IMG/VR virus record: IMGVR_UViG_2974723488_000001
Location: 1 to 64,000 of that record
DNA length: 64,000 nt
Strand: one strand, 5' to 3'
DNA from: a virus
Taxonomy: Duplodnaviria; Caudoviricetes
Shown here: positions 53,685 through 64,000 of the stretch, in pieces
Layout: each line of letters opens with the position of its first letter
Numbering within the stretch: position 1 is the stretch's first letter
Notes under the pieces: generated by a model
The model's input: the letters and a program-made list of their open reading frames with translations, nothing else
Told to the model about the DNA's origin: nothing
Databases searched by the model: none
Made by a program: the position numbers and the translations under genes

Positions 53685-54890
53685 TTACAGCGGGGCGACG
53701 GTCTTGATCAGACCCAGACGTTCCGGACGCTTGACCAGGATACCGTAGTACCACTTGATCGAGCTGAACCCGGTTTCGCCGTAGGGATCGTTGCGATCCG
53801 CCGTTTCACGGCCCGGCATCTTGGTCATGATGGTGAACTTCACGCTCTTGCCGTCGGTCTGGAAACCGATGGTCGTGAACGAGTCGTCACCCACCACCAG
53901 CATCGGGAACACGTCGTAGTGTTCCGCACCGCCCTTCATCGAAGTACGGTAGCCGGGGTTGGCCGAGGTGGCAGCAGCGCCGACACCAGCCCAGTGCAGC
54001 ATTTCCGGCACCTGGATGATGCGGAACTTGTCGATGGTGCCGATCTCGCCGTTCATCAGCGTACCGGCGTCACCGTAGTGCTGGATTTCGATGAACGCCT
54101 TGTTGCCGAACAGATCCTTCATGCCCTTGAGGTGCGGAACCAGTTCCGAACCGACGTACATGACACGGGTGGCGCCGATGACACGGGTATCGACCATGGT
54201 CGAACCGGTGATGATCGTGGTCTGGGTCGGGGTACGGTTTTCGGTCAGGATCTGGTCCAGACGCATCAGGTTCTGGTACGACACCACCGAAGGCGTGGCA
54301 CCTTCACCCGTCACCGTGGAGTCGGAGACGGCGGCACCGGCGTACAGGATCGTACCGGCCGAGGACAGCAGGTCTTTCTGGAGGACGGCTTCCGTCAGTT
54401 GAACGGCCGAGTTCAGCAGTTCGCGGGACAGGTGTTCCTTCAGTTGGTCGTCCGAGTCGAAGTCCAGGCTTTCCTGCGTGAACTCGTAGAAGTAGCCGAA
54501 CTTGTGCAGTTGGCCTTCACGAGCCAGGCGGGTGAAGCCGATGCGGTTGACGCGGCCACCGTTCTCGGTCAGAACCGGCAGCTTGCCGACGATGGTGCCG
54601 ATGTCCTTGGACGAACCGTACAGGTTGCCATTGGCGATGGTCACACCGTTGGCGTCGATGCCTTGGTCGTTGATGTTGCGGTCGTCCAGAACCGGAACGT
54701 ATTCGTGGACCTTGATGGTCTTGCCGTAGTGCTTCGGCATGTTCGTGACCGAGGCCAGCGGCATGAAATACTGTTCCTTGCGGGCGGTGATGATCGCCTT
54801 GCGGAGCCAGTAGAAGGTGTTCATCTGGTCGGAACCAGCACCGTCGATGCTCGACTTTTGCCCGTCGATGGGGGCGTTGTAGTTCAACAT
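53685..54890 (-). CDS. major capsid protein (N4 gp56-like)
   Basis: 401 aa; [36 protein letters not shown]. Confidence 0.95.
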   Translation of the reverse strand: MLNYNAPIDGQKSSIDGAGSDQMNTFYWLRKAIITARKEQYFMPLASVTNMPKHYGKTIKVHEYVPVLDDRNINDQGIDANGVTIANGNLYGSSKDIGTIVGKLPVLTENGGRVNRIGFTRLAREGQLHKFGYFYEFTQESLDFDSDDQLKEHLSRELLNSAVQLTEAVLQKDLLSSAGTILYAGAAVSDSTVTGEGATPSVVSYQNLMRLDQILTENRTPTQTTIITGSTMVDTRVIGATRVMYVGSELVPHLKGMKDLFGNKAFIEIQHYGDAGTLMNGEIGTIDKFRIIQVPEMLHWAGVGAAATSANPGYRTSMKGGAEHYDVFPMLVVGDDSFTTIGFQTDGKSVKFTIMTKMPGRETADRNDPYGETGFSSIKWYYGILVKRPERLGLIKTVAPL

Positions 54891-54902
54891 GACACTTGTC
54901 CT

Positions 54903-56222
54903 TTAAACGCTCTTGGGAGCGGGCATTTTCAAAATTTCTTCATCGCTCATCGCCATGTAATTGACGACGGGCGACACCTTACGCGGAGCACTCCGACTCG
55001 GGGATGCCGCACTTGCTTGCTTGCCGTTCGTCACTTCCGGTTTGGGAGTGGCGACTCGGGTTGCAACCGGAGCCGTAGCAGCAGGTGCTGCCTTGGAACC
55101 AGGAGGGGTATCTTTCACTTGGGCCGGTTGACCGAGTTTGCCCTGTTCTTTCAGGTAATCGCCCACGGTCTTATAGGCTTGGATGAACGACACACCAGCA
55201 GGAATCTGGCCCAGAGTACGGAGATGGTCGATCTCAGCAGTGATGATGTCGTAGACACCGCTTTCACGTTGCTGGTGAATCGCCTTCACCAAACCCGGGT
55301 TATCCAGGAGAGCCTGCTTGCTGGCTTGATCCCAGGAAGTCGAAATTGCCTTGACCGTTTCTTCACCCTCGGGAGTGGACTTGACGTCTTCCAGTTCAGT
55401 GATGAAGCGAGCTTCGGAATCCGAAATCTTGTGATTGCCTTCTTGGTACTGCGGATCCGTGGAGGTATCGATATCCATCGGATCGATGTTTGCATCTTTC
55501 AGCAGCTTCTTGATCGCCTCGGGGTTCTTCTTCTCGATGTCGATCAAGAAGGAGAGCTTGTCCTCGTTGAGCAAGCCTGCGCTTTCCAGCATCAAGTGCA
55601 GCTTACGGTAGGGCTGAAGCTCCTGCATTTTGCGCGTGTAGTTCGCGCCTTGCTGCATCAGGGCAATGGCTTCTTCAGGACTCCGTGCCTGAACCATCTT
55701 GCCATTGGCCTTGAAGGGCTTCATGAGCTGCTCGTAAGCGCTCTTGTAGTCGAAGTCGGCGGGGAGATCGTTGGACTGGGGGGCATCTTTGCCCTGCTTA
55801 TCCGCTCCTCCCTTACCCTGGCCGGGGTCAGTGTCTGCGGATGCCTCCTTCGTAGGCTCCTTGCCGGTGCTATCGGCTTCATTGGTGGCAACTTTACCAC
55901 CATTTTCTTCTTCTTTGCCAGTCGGGGACGGTTCTTCAACCGTCTTCGATGCGCCTTCGACTTCCTTCGAGGGTTCTTCAACCCCGTCTTTCTTTTCCAG
56001 AGCGGCCAGTCGTTCAGCCTCTTCCTGCTGACGACGAGCCTCTTCGTCCACTTCAGCTTGCTTGGCAGCAGCTTCTTCGGCGTCGAGTTCTTCTTGCGTC
56101 TTGGCAGTCTGGGTATCCGAGTTGCTCTGAGTGACCGGCGGAGCGCTGGTCATGTTCAGAATCTGTTCATCCGACATTTCAAGAATGTCGGAAGCCTTTT
56201 GGGTATTGGCTTCCGTACTCAT
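54903..56222 (-). CDS. N4 gp57-like protein (often labelled tape measure; scaffold-like)
   Basis: acidic N-region, PFKANGK, MQQGANYTRKMQ; directly upstream of the capsid gene. Confidence 0.8.
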   Translation of the reverse strand: MSTEANTQKASDILEMSDEQILNMTSAPPVTQSNSDTQTAKTQEELDAEEAAAKQAEVDEEARRQQEEAERLAALEKKDGVEEPSKEVEGASKTVEEPSPTGKEEENGGKVATNEADSTGKEPTKEASADTDPGQGKGGADKQGKDAPQSNDLPADFDYKSAYEQLMKPFKANGKMVQARSPEEAIALMQQGANYTRKMQELQPYRKLHLMLESAGLLNEDKLSFLIDIEKKNPEAIKKLLKDANIDPMDIDTSTDPQYQEGNHKISDSEARFITELEDVKSTPEGEETVKAISTSWDQASKQALLDNPGLVKAIHQQRESGVYDIITAEIDHLRTLGQIPAGVSFIQAYKTVGDYLKEQGKLGQPAQVKDTPPGSKAAPAATAPVATRVATPKPEVTNGKQASAASPSRSAPRKVSPVVNYMAMSDEEILKMPAPKSV

Positions 56223-56249
56223 GGTGTAGTTCTCCTGAACCAGTTAGGG

Positions 56250-56612
56250 TTAGCCGACGTATTCGTTCGGGTCTTCTTCTTCCGGCTGGCGGGCACGTTC
56301 CAGTTCCGCTTCCAGTTCCGGGATCGAAGCACTGGCCGTGCCGGTCAGTTGTTCGGTGACCGCCAGCCAAGCGCGCAGGTAAGCCGAAGCTTGAGCCATG
56401 CCCAGGGCATTGGCACGCTGGTCCGGAGTGCAGGTCGGGTCGATGGACTCGGCCAGATACGAACGGGCGGCTTCACCGCAGAAGCCGTCGATGATCACCT
56501 TGCGGAACAGGGCATTGCCCATCAGCTTCCGCAGGTTCTCGTTCAGTTCACGGGCCTTCTTCGATTGGGCGATCTGGTGTTCCAGACCGGCGATTTGACG
56601 TTCTTGCGACAT
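56250..56612 (-). CDS. N4 gp58-like protein
   Basis: NALFRKVIIDGFC; synteny between portal and gp57. Confidence 0.75.
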   Translation of the reverse strand: MSQERQIAGLEHQIAQSKKARELNENLRKLMGNALFRKVIIDGFCGEAARSYLAESIDPTCTPDQRANALGMAQASAYLRAWLAVTEQLTGTASASIPELEAELERARQPEEEDPNEYVG

Positions 56613-56619
56613 GTGTGTC

Positions 56620-58899
56620 TCACATATTCATGCCAGGATTCAACGCAGGATCCTGTGCGGGGTTGAAGTATTGGGAACCAAGGTTAGCACTTCGGTCCCC
56701 ATTCGCTGCTGCCTGATCACGAGCAATGGTGGTATTGCCAGCATTGCCACGAGTCAACTCATTGTATCCTACCGCAGCATCTATGTTGGGGGGAGTTTCA
56801 CCCTCTTTTTGGGGCTTAAGCAGGGCATCCGTGACCTTGAGGTCTTGGTTCCCTTCAGCTTGAGCCTGTTGCTTTTGCATTTCGCGGGCATGCTTGGTGC
56901 CAGTTTCCTGCTCCAGATAATCCAGGTTCTTCAGATCGCCATTGGCAACAGCTTCACGGGCCTTGGCTTCGTTCAGCATGGCCTTGGTACGCATCTCGGC
57001 GATTTCCATTTCCAGCTTCTCGATCTCCAGTTCCTTGATCTTCTCGGCCAAGGGATCCGGCTTCGGCTCGAATCGCTTGATAGCGTGAGCCAGTTCAGGC
57101 ATGCGCTTCAGCTTTGCGATCTCGGTCAGGATCATCTTGGTAATGCCGAAGTCCATGGTGTTCCCCAGAGTCTGGAGCATGAACGACAAATCACCAGCCT
57201 TCTGGTTATCCACTTCAGCAGTGGAGATGTCCACTTGAAGATCAAAGTTACCCTTCAGATCCTCACGCAAGACATGGACGAACTCTTCATTCGTCACCCG
57301 TACCACTTCCTTCTCGGACAAGAAGATCGCATTCATGGCGATGATCTTGGTGCCGACTTCCGTCATGCCCTTGGCGAGACGGCGAAGAATGGCCATCTCA
57401 CGCTTGGAAGCAGCATCCAGAGCACCACGGATACCAGCAGCCACATCACCATAAGCTTCACCAGACACACCACCGGAGAACGACTTAACACCGGTGAGAG
57501 ATTCAGCCTCTTGGTTCTGCATACCTGCCATTGCCAGCACAGACTGAGGCAGTTCCGGGAACTTGTGTTCGATGATCCCTTGGGCCGGATTCAGAGTCGG
57601 GTTGAATTCATAGTCACGGCCATCTTCATAGCGACGACGGTTGTATGCATCCAACATTCCCTTGGCGATACCCTGCTGACCGTTGGCCGAACGCCCCATG
57701 AGGTCGATGGCACCACGGATGACGGCACCCAAAATCTTCTGGTTGTCTTCCAGGAGTTCAGCATCCGGCTCGCCGTAAAGCTCACGCTTCACAGGCAGGT
57801 ACGGAACCACGACATACGGAAGCTTCTCATCCGGATACGGGTTCTTCTCCATGCGAACCAGGACGTTACCGATCCAGGTGGCCACGATAGGAGTCAGTTC
57901 ACCGCTGCCGTCGATGTCGTAGTAGCCCCAGTATTCGTAGGCCACAACCTTCTTCCGTGCCTTGTCCCGGAATTGGAAGTCAGACGGGGTGCTCGAAGCG
58001 TGGTCCGGATCTTTGATGGGAGATGCATCTTCCCAGTTGATCAGGTCCAGGTTCTTGTAGCGATCCGGCTCTTTTTCCAGTTCAGCAAGGCAGGTCTCGA
58101 AGGACTCCACCGCATACATGGCCTTGTCGATATCACCTTCGCAGGACGGATCAATGACCACGTTCTGGGGATTCATCACTTTGACCGTCGGGTAGTTCTC
58201 GATGACCTTCTCGACTTCGATTTCTTCTTCGCCATCCAAGACAGCCACGACCAGTTCACCGGTCTCTTCGTAATGGGCCACTGCCTGCTTGAGTTCTTCC
58301 GGTGCTGCTTCCTCGAAAGCACGGATGTTCTCTTGCTTGGAGGCAATCACCTGTTGGAGTTGTTCTGCTTGTTCAGCAGTCTCCACGGGGAACAGAGCAA
58401 AGCGGGGAGCCTTCTCCTTGACCATGACGGTCTTACGCTTCCAGCCCACACGAAGCACGCAGGTGCCTTCATCCACCGTGGCACGAACGAAATCATCAAT
58501 CAGTTTGACCCGATTGAGCTTGGTTCGGAATTGCCAGTTCAGCAGCAGTTCATTCTGATCCGCTGCATCACGATCCTCAAACGTGACGGGGCTGACCTTG
58601 AACAGCTTGTCGGAACCAAGGAAAGGCTCCGTCAATGCCGAATACCGCCATTCCGCCTGACGACGAATCAGCTTGGGCTGGACACTGGAGCGGCCTTTGA
58701 TGCGCGGAGGCTTGGCATTACCACGAACGAACATCTGGTTGTTCCAGTTGTCGATCTTGGCCATCTGAGCATCGTGCGTCTGCTTGGCTGCTTCCAGGTC
58801 ATTCTTCAGAAGTTGCAGCGACGGCTCTTTCTTCCAGTCCGTCAGCTTGGCTGACTGGGCAGGATCGGGGGGCGGCTGCATCGAATCTTGATGTTCCAT
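56620..58899 (-). CDS. portal protein (N4 gp59-like)
   Basis: [42 protein letters not shown]. Confidence 0.93.
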   Translation of the reverse strand: MEHQDSMQPPPDPAQSAKLTDWKKEPSLQLLKNDLEAAKQTHDAQMAKIDNWNNQMFVRGNAKPPRIKGRSSVQPKLIRRQAEWRYSALTEPFLGSDKLFKVSPVTFEDRDAADQNELLLNWQFRTKLNRVKLIDDFVRATVDEGTCVLRVGWKRKTVMVKEKAPRFALFPVETAEQAEQLQQVIASKQENIRAFEEAAPEELKQAVAHYEETGELVVAVLDGEEEIEVEKVIENYPTVKVMNPQNVVIDPSCEGDIDKAMYAVESFETCLAELEKEPDRYKNLDLINWEDASPIKDPDHASSTPSDFQFRDKARKKVVAYEYWGYYDIDGSGELTPIVATWIGNVLVRMEKNPYPDEKLPYVVVPYLPVKRELYGEPDAELLEDNQKILGAVIRGAIDLMGRSANGQQGIAKGMLDAYNRRRYEDGRDYEFNPTLNPAQGIIEHKFPELPQSVLAMAGMQNQEAESLTGVKSFSGGVSGEAYGDVAAGIRGALDAASKREMAILRRLAKGMTEVGTKIIAMNAIFLSEKEVVRVTNEEFVHVLREDLKGNFDLQVDISTAEVDNQKAGDLSFMLQTLGNTMDFGITKMILTEIAKLKRMPELAHAIKRFEPKPDPLAEKIKELEIEKLEMEIAEMRTKAMLNEAKAREAVANGDLKNLDYLEQETGTKHAREMQKQQAQAEGNQDLKVTDALLKPQKEGETPPNIDAAVGYNELTRGNAGNTTIARDQAAANGDRSANLGSQYFNPAQDPALNPGMNM

Positions 58900-58908
58900 G
58901 ACTGGTTC

Positions 58909-59421
58909 CTAGTTGAATAGCTGACGATCAGCTTTGATCTGATCACCCAGCAATTTTAGTTGTTCGTCACGGAGTCTAACAGTTGCGCGGAGTTCTCCAA
59001 CCAACTGTCGGCCTTCTTCAAGACTTCGGTCGAGTTTGGCTGCATGGCTTGCAAGACTTCGGCACTGAGCGGATCCGCTTTCGGCTTGACGTTGATATAC
59101 GCTCGCTCGGGATTCGCTACGCTGCAACCTGTCAGCGTACTGGCCAGTAAGGCGAGCAAGCTCAACGCTGTGAGATGTTTGAGCATCACGTAGCTCCTGT
59201 TGAACGGACGAGAGTTGTTGACGATGTACTGCTTGAGCTTGCTCATTCTGATCACGGAGCTTGTTTATTTCTTGCAAGTCCTTGTTCTTCTGAGCATTCC
59301 ATTGTTGTTGGATTTTGGCTTTGCCAGAACTGGAACCAAGGGAGTAAGTCCCCCACAGGACCAGGGCCGTAGCCCCGGCCACTGCTAGGAGCACCCACCC
59401 TTTAGGGATTGGCGTCTTCAT
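58909..59421 (-). CDS. i-spanin (Rz-like)
   Basis: N-terminal TM plus coiled coil, downstream of the endolysin. Confidence 0.85.
   Translation of the reverse strand: MKTPIPKGWVLLAVAGATALVLWGTYSLGSSSGKAKIQQQWNAQKNKDLQEINKLRDQNEQAQAVHRQQLSSVQQELRDAQTSHSVELARLTGQYADRLQRSESRASVYQRQAESGSAQCRSLASHAAKLDRSLEEGRQLVGELRATVRLRDEQLKLLGDQIKADRQLFN
58956..59186 (-). CDS. o-spanin lipoprotein (Rz1-like), fully embedded in Rz
   Basis: signal peptide with lipobox LTG-C, in a different frame inside Rz. Confidence 0.85.
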   Translation of the reverse strand: MLKHLTALSLLALLASTLTGCSVANPERAYINVKPKADPLSAEVLQAMQPNSTEVLKKADSWLENSAQLLDSVTNN

Positions 59422-60019
59422 CGCAGGCTTCCAAGGGGACATTGCCCACTCGGTTGATGATCCAGCCAGGAGTGAACTCGTCCATATTGAGGGACAGATA
59501 ATGGGTGGTTTGCTTTCCATCCATCATCTTGATGACCATCTGACAAGCAACCACTGCTCCACGTTTCCGTTGGAGAGCTTGGTATGCCTGGATCGTCGCA
59601 GGACCGACTTTACCATCAGAGGTAATTTTGAGGTAGTCCTTGCCGTTCCGCGATACGGAGTTCAGCGCATCCTGGAACCACTTCGCGGAACGGGAAGTGC
59701 CGGTATTCACGCCAGCATCCACCAGCTTTTCAGCCACTGCCGGACTGATCATCAGCATCCGGTCAAAGCCGGGCTTCTGGATGTAGTCCTTGTAGTAGAT
59801 GGTCTTGGCCATGTCCTGAGTGAGATCACGCATCTTGCCGTTCCAACCCATGGACACCAGTTCTTGTCGGTGTTGCTGGGCGACAGCAGCAGTGACCCCG
59901 TGGTTGGTTTCACCGCCCGGATCCAGGGGATTGTTTACCCAGCCCCCCTCGACTGCAAAGATGGAACCAATGATGGCGGCTGCAATGCCACCGGCTCCCA
60001 TTTTCTTGGACAGCTTCAT
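59402..60019 (-). CDS. endolysin, glycoside hydrolase family 108 with PG-binding domain and SAR-like N-terminus
   Basis: EGGWVNNPLDPGGETNHGVT, DAGVNTG, DGKVGPAT, GWIINRV. Confidence 0.9.
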   Translation of the reverse strand: MKLSKKMGAGGIAAAIIGSIFAVEGGWVNNPLDPGGETNHGVTAAVAQQHRQELVSMGWNGKMRDLTQDMAKTIYYKDYIQKPGFDRMLMISPAVAEKLVDAGVNTGTSRSAKWFQDALNSVSRNGKDYLKITSDGKVGPATIQAYQALQRKRGAVVACQMVIKMMDGKQTTHYLSLNMDEFTPGWIINRVGNVPLEACDEDANP

Positions 60020-60279
60020 TTCTCTTTCCTTTTGAGTCGGAACAGTTTCACCAGCATTACGCTGGCCCAGATGCTGAGAGCGATCTTGGAACCGTAGGGA
60101 ATCTTCTCCAGAAGATGACGAGGCACTGCAAAGAGTCCTTGCTGCAACACCTCGAAGACACCATAAAGAACGGCTCCCACGGAGCCGATCTGAGCGGTGT
60201 AACTCTTGAGTTTCTTCCGCCATTCGGGGATCGGCTCTACAGGGATGGGGATCTTCTTCCTTATCCTCCGGTGAACCAT
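60016..60279 (-). CDS. putative holin (2 TM)
   Basis: two hydrophobic helices, basic C-tail, overlaps the endolysin start. Confidence 0.65.
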   Translation of the reverse strand: MVHRRIRKKIPIPVEPIPEWRKKLKSYTAQIGSVGAVLYGVFEVLQQGLFAVPRHLLEKIPYGSKIALSIWASVMLVKLFRLKRKEK

Positions 60280-60596
60280 GAGAAGAGTTCCTTCTTTGCG
60301 AAGATGATTGCGGACAGCAGGCCACCAGCGACAGCCCAGATCCACTTACCCATGAGTCCTGCCCCGACCACCTTGTGTTTGATGGTGATGAATTCTTCGA
60401 TAGTCGGTGCCGATTTGGCGAGGCTGGACTCCACGTTACCCACACGGCCATTGAGCAACAGCATTCCCTGGCTCAAGGCTTGGAGTTCCTTATAGATGTC
60501 CCGTTTCGAGTTCCCTTCACGCTCAAGCATTTCAAAGATCGTCTTGAGACGTTCCTCCACTCGGGCGATCTGAACCTCTGCGGATTCGTTACTCAT
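60261..60596 (-). CDS. coiled-coil protein with C-terminal TM (N4 gp63-like holin/antiholin)
   Basis: ARVEERLKT, EEFITIKHKVVGAG, C-terminal TM. Confidence 0.7.
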   Translation of the reverse strand: MSNESAEVQIARVEERLKTIFEMLEREGNSKRDIYKELQALSQGMLLLNGRVGNVESSLAKSAPTIEEFITIKHKVVGAGLMGKWIWAVAGGLLSAIIFAKKELFSWFTGG

Positions 60597-60609
60597 TTGA
60601 GTTCCCATG

Positions 60610-60635
60610 AAAAAAGAGTCCGGTTTCCCGGACTC
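60610..60635 (-). terminator. terminator between tail and lysis genes
   Basis: GAGTCCGG-GAAA-CCGGACTC-TTTTTT on the - strand. Confidence 0.75.
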
Positions 60636-60700
60636 CTTACATTCCCCTTACAGGGGGCCGGTAGCTACTAAGTGCTACCGAATCATAACCGACCTACCTG

Positions 60701-61975
60701 TCAGCATGCACACAGTTTGGGCTTGGCGTAGTAAACACCATCACGCATCACTTGAGTGTAAGACCAGGGGTAGATGATCTTGATTCCAGCTTCTTGAGCC
60801 AGTTCCCATGCTTTATCGGTGTTGCCCCAGATTCGCTTGGCATCTTCAGGAAGCAGCGTGAAGCCAATGAAGTAGTGGACAACTTCCAATGGATAACCCA
60901 GAAGCTCAGTTGCAGCCTTAAAAGTCTGAGGAACCAAGTCCAGACGGCCATCAATGATCCAGTCATAGTCCTCAATCTGCACGAACTCATAGTTCGGGTA
61001 CACCCACTCTTCCATCGGAAAGTTCAGACGGAAAGTGAGATCAGATGCAGGAGACATCACCTGGGGACTGAAGAACAGCAGGGTAGCCTGAGCATTCGGG
61101 AATTCCTGCTTCACCTTGTCCCGGATGTAGTTTGTGGAATCACCAAGCTTTCCACGGAGCCAGTCCACGTAGGGCCACTGGTTATCAGCCACCGGGTCGA
61201 AGATCGACTTGATCATCGGCATCGGCACATCGTTGCCAGTCTCCTGTTTGTAGAGGTCCATGGTTCGCTGGTCATACATGCAGGGAGCATTCTTGCCTTC
61301 CCCGTTGTTGTACGAGCCATCCCACCACCAGGGTTCCCCGATCTGAAAGTACGGCACCATCCCCAGGTTCTCCACTTCCTTGAGGATTTGGATTTGCACC
61401 TTGGCGATGTAATCCAGAGGTTCATAGTTCGCAGGCTGGATGAACGAAGACGGCGGATACCACCCCGACTGGGCAGGCAAGCCCAGCCAGTTCCGTTGCT
61501 TCCACTCTTCAGGCATGAAGAAGTCCAGGATTTCGTAGGCCACCGAATTGACGAACTTGAAGTTGCGTTCGTGCAACAGTCGAAGGAATCGACGGTAAAA
61601 CTCCATGGTCGGCCAGTTTACCGGCTCGGTTTCATTGACCGGATCCACACCCAGACGACCGACGAATTCGTAGTCATCCCGGTTAGTGCTGATAGGAGAC
61701 ACCAGAGGATACGGGCCAATCAAATCCAAGTAGTGCTGGGCCAAGTCTTTGCAGATCAATTGGCTGGCGGCCGGAGTGTAATGAATCTGGCCAATACCTT
61801 GCTCGAAGGTGTAGCTGTCCGGCCCGTACTGAACCGTATGGGCACCCAGAGTGACACCGGACATCTCAGCAACAAGCTCCGCCTGCATCTGGCGAATCAT
61901 GATCTGCTGTTCTTCCAATGCCGCTTCAGGCATCGGAACGATTGCATCTTGCGTCATAGTAATAACCGCCCCCAT
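60701..61975 (-). CDS. tail protein with TIM-barrel-like domain (N4 gp64-like)
   Basis: FQIGEPWWW and QIEDYDW motifs; size and synteny. Confidence 0.7.
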   Translation of the reverse strand: MGAVITMTQDAIVPMPEAALEEQQIMIRQMQAELVAEMSGVTLGAHTVQYGPDSYTFEQGIGQIHYTPAASQLICKDLAQHYLDLIGPYPLVSPISTNRDDYEFVGRLGVDPVNETEPVNWPTMEFYRRFLRLLHERNFKFVNSVAYEILDFFMPEEWKQRNWLGLPAQSGWYPPSSFIQPANYEPLDYIAKVQIQILKEVENLGMVPYFQIGEPWWWDGSYNNGEGKNAPCMYDQRTMDLYKQETGNDVPMPMIKSIFDPVADNQWPYVDWLRGKLGDSTNYIRDKVKQEFPNAQATLLFFSPQVMSPASDLTFRLNFPMEEWVYPNYEFVQIEDYDWIIDGRLDLVPQTFKAATELLGYPLEVVHYFIGFTLLPEDAKRIWGNTDKAWELAQEAGIKIIYPWSYTQVMRDGVYYAKPKLCAC

Positions 61976-61994
61976 TGCTGAGGGCGGCTCCTTT

Positions 61995-64000
61995 TTATTC
62001 CGGAGTGGCGGTTGCCGAGAACTCCGATTTTACGTTGGACGCACCGTCAGAGCGACGGGGACGAACACGCCACATCACAAAGGTGGAGACGAAGCCGTAC
62101 AGCAACATCATCTCCGCAGCGGTGAACGTGGTGTACGGAACCGTGACCGTTTCGGAGCGAACTACCGAAGAATCATCGGCATTGAGGATTTCAACATCCC
62201 ACTCTTCCGCATCCAATCGATCCCAGAACATCGTCACATCACCAGCAGTGTTGTGAGTAGCACGAGGATTGGTAGGAATCTGTGCCACTTCAGGTGCTGC
62301 ATTCCACGTAGTGGGGTTACCAAGAGTCCCATCACTGATGAGGTGTTCCTCAGCAACGCACCACACAGTGCTGGCAGTGAAGCCATATGCAGCCACTTGC
62401 TGTTCACGAGTAAAGATCAAAGCATTCTCCGTACCAATGAAGTCAACGGACAACGGATTACCCGTTGCCATGTTCATATTGGTGATCTTCACATCACGGC
62501 CAGCCTTCTGAGGTGCATCCCACATGATCTTGATGTTGGAGTTGTTCGGGTCTTCCAAGAAGACAGCCTTCAATCCAGTCACCGGATCCATGGGATTCTG
62601 AGGCTGTTCAGGCTCTCCGTTGAACTCTGCACCAATGGAAGTCACATCCAATACCGGATCATATTCAGAGACACGGAACACTGCGAAGCCAGCACCAGTG
62701 GTGTTGTTGTAGTAAGCCCGTTGCTCTTCGATGGTCCAGACAATGGATTGAGTCGTCCACCTCTTGGCAAAGATTGCCTTCTTGGTATCGGCCGCATCCA
62801 GGTTCTCGATCCAGAAATCTTGATGAGAAGGACGTCCTTCCCATGCAAAGGTGATATCACCATTCATCGACTTCTTGGCCGTGACATTGGTAGGCGTCAC
62901 CAAGTGACTGCCGGTGATCACTTCAGCATTCCACGTAGCGGAGGCACCGACAGTCTGGGTTGCAGGCATGTACTCAGCCACCGAGAAGTCAATCATTATG
63001 GTGTCTTGAGCATAGGCTTGCTGTTGTTCCTGCAACGCGAACGTCCACGTCGGGTCTTCCAGCACACCCTGGCTGATGACAGCACCGGTGTCCAGACGAC
63101 GGTTGACGTAGTACCAACCGAAGATACCCGGACGAGAATCCCAGGTGATCACAATGTCACGATTGGCCTTCTTCACCGGTCGGATACCAGTAGGCGGCTT
63201 CAGGAAAGTCCAGTCAGGCGGGTTGTAGGCACGGTTGATATCCAGAGCCAGTGCTTCACCCATCTCCGCAGCAGCGGCGTGGTACGTCTCCAACGTGTAG
63301 TGAATCCAGCCCACACCACGGTCCATTTCGTTGTAATAGGCCGTGTACAGATTAGAGCCAGGAACGTAAGAACCCATCTTGAAGCCAATGCCTTCCTTCG
63401 CCATGTCCGTTGCCAGATCACGCAGCAAGCGAGAGCCTTCAGCATTGGATTCCACGGGCGGAATTTCCGTACCCCAGAAGGAAGTCGTGGCACCTTGGAA
63501 CCAGATCTCCAGATTCGGATTGCCCCAATTGGCTCGCATCCAGGCCAGCATTTCGATGTTGGACTGTCGCCATTGAGCCAGAATTGCAGGACGATCCTCT
63601 TCAGGAGCGTAGGCAATACCCGTCGATTCACCCGGACCAGATTCAATGAAGTAGTCTGGCACTTTGTCCGAAGCCTTGACAATGGCATCCGCCAGAACCA
63701 AGGAAGGACCAGGAACCTTGTTCACAGGATCCCACCAGTTCAGTCCAGGAGGGAATCCAGGCTGATACGGCATCGGATTGATCGGGCTGGAGCCAACCAC
63801 GGTCATCACCGGAATCACCTGCACATCACGAAGTCCGGCCTTCTGAGCAAAGGTACGACGGAACGTCGAAGCTGCCACCAAGTCCTTGCGGCCTTCCTTG
63901 CCAGTGCCACCATGATCAGAAGGATCGGAAAGATCATTGAAGTAGCCGCCGATCAGCGAGTTGATACCGCAGATCACACGCTTCTTAACCAGACCAACAT
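61995..64000 (-). CDS. tail sheath/receptor-binding protein (N4 gp65-like), 5' end outside the window
   Basis: frame open to the window edge; esterase-like region followed by four FN3-like repeats. Confidence 0.65.
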   Translation of the reverse strand, partial: VGLVKKRVICGINSLIGGYFNDLSDPSDHGGTGKEGRKDLVAASTFRRTFAQKAGLRDVQVIPVMTVVGSSPINPMPYQPGFPPGLNWWDPVNKVPGPSLVLADAIVKASDKVPDYFIESGPGESTGIAYAPEEDRPAILAQWRQSNIEMLAWMRANWGNPNLEIWFQGATTSFWGTEIPPVESNAEGSRLLRDLATDMAKEGIGFKMGSYVPGSNLYTAYYNEMDRGVGWIHYTLETYHAAAAEMGEALALDINRAYNPPDWTFLKPPTGIRPVKKANRDIVITWDSRPGIFGWYYVNRRLDTGAVISQGVLEDPTWTFALQEQQQAYAQDTIMIDFSVAEYMPATQTVGASATWNAEVITGSHLVTPTNVTAKKSMNGDITFAWEGRPSHQDFWIENLDAADTKKAIFAKRWTTQSIVWTIEEQRAYYNNTTGAGFAVFRVSEYDPVLDVTSIGAEFNGEPEQPQNPMDPVTGLKAVFLEDPNNSNIKIMWDAPQKAGRDVKITNMNMATGNPLSVDFIGTENALIFTREQQVAAYGFTASTVWCVAEEHLISDGTLGNPTTWNAAPEVAQIPTNPRATHNTAGDVTMFWDRLDAEEWDVEILNADDSSVVRSETVTVPYTTFTAAEMMLLYGFVSTFVMWRVRPRRSDGASNVKSEFSATATPE

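Noticed and set aside
59402-60451. 349-aa extended endolysin ORF
   Set aside because: The extension overlaps two better holin-like genes; the true start is ATG 60019 with a GGA-containing RBS.

Overview
About 64 kb of a lytic N4-like phage genome (Schitoviridae-type gene order), starting at or near the left end. The + strand carries early genes behind a virion-RNAP hairpin promoter (gp1/gp2 homologues, many small ORFs), the two RNAP II subunits, two paralogous capsid-decoration genes, HNH, MoxR-ATPase/VWA, dCTP deaminase, a ~1.35 kb gene-free structured region with tRNA-like elements, thioredoxin, ThyX, rIIA/rIIB, helicase, family A DNA polymerase, exonuclease, primase, Sak4-like ATPase, SSB and resolvase. 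The - strand carries the late genes: 3437-aa virion RNA polymerase, ejection/structural proteins, major capsid, portal, Rz/Rz1, GH108 endolysin, holin candidates and tail proteins (the last is cut by the window edge). Two signals stand out. (1) An abrupt synonymous-codon shift inside the vRNAP gene coincides with a protein-like 144-codon antisense ORF (44014-44448), suggesting a hidden overlapping gene. (2) A putative promoter-to-terminator non-coding RNA locus (about 15940-17303) contains tRNA mimics with intact D/T arms but broken acceptor stems and enlarged anticodon arms, between multi-stem domains. All family assignments come from motif recognition and synteny recalled from N4; no searches or folding programs were run, and the host cannot be determined.
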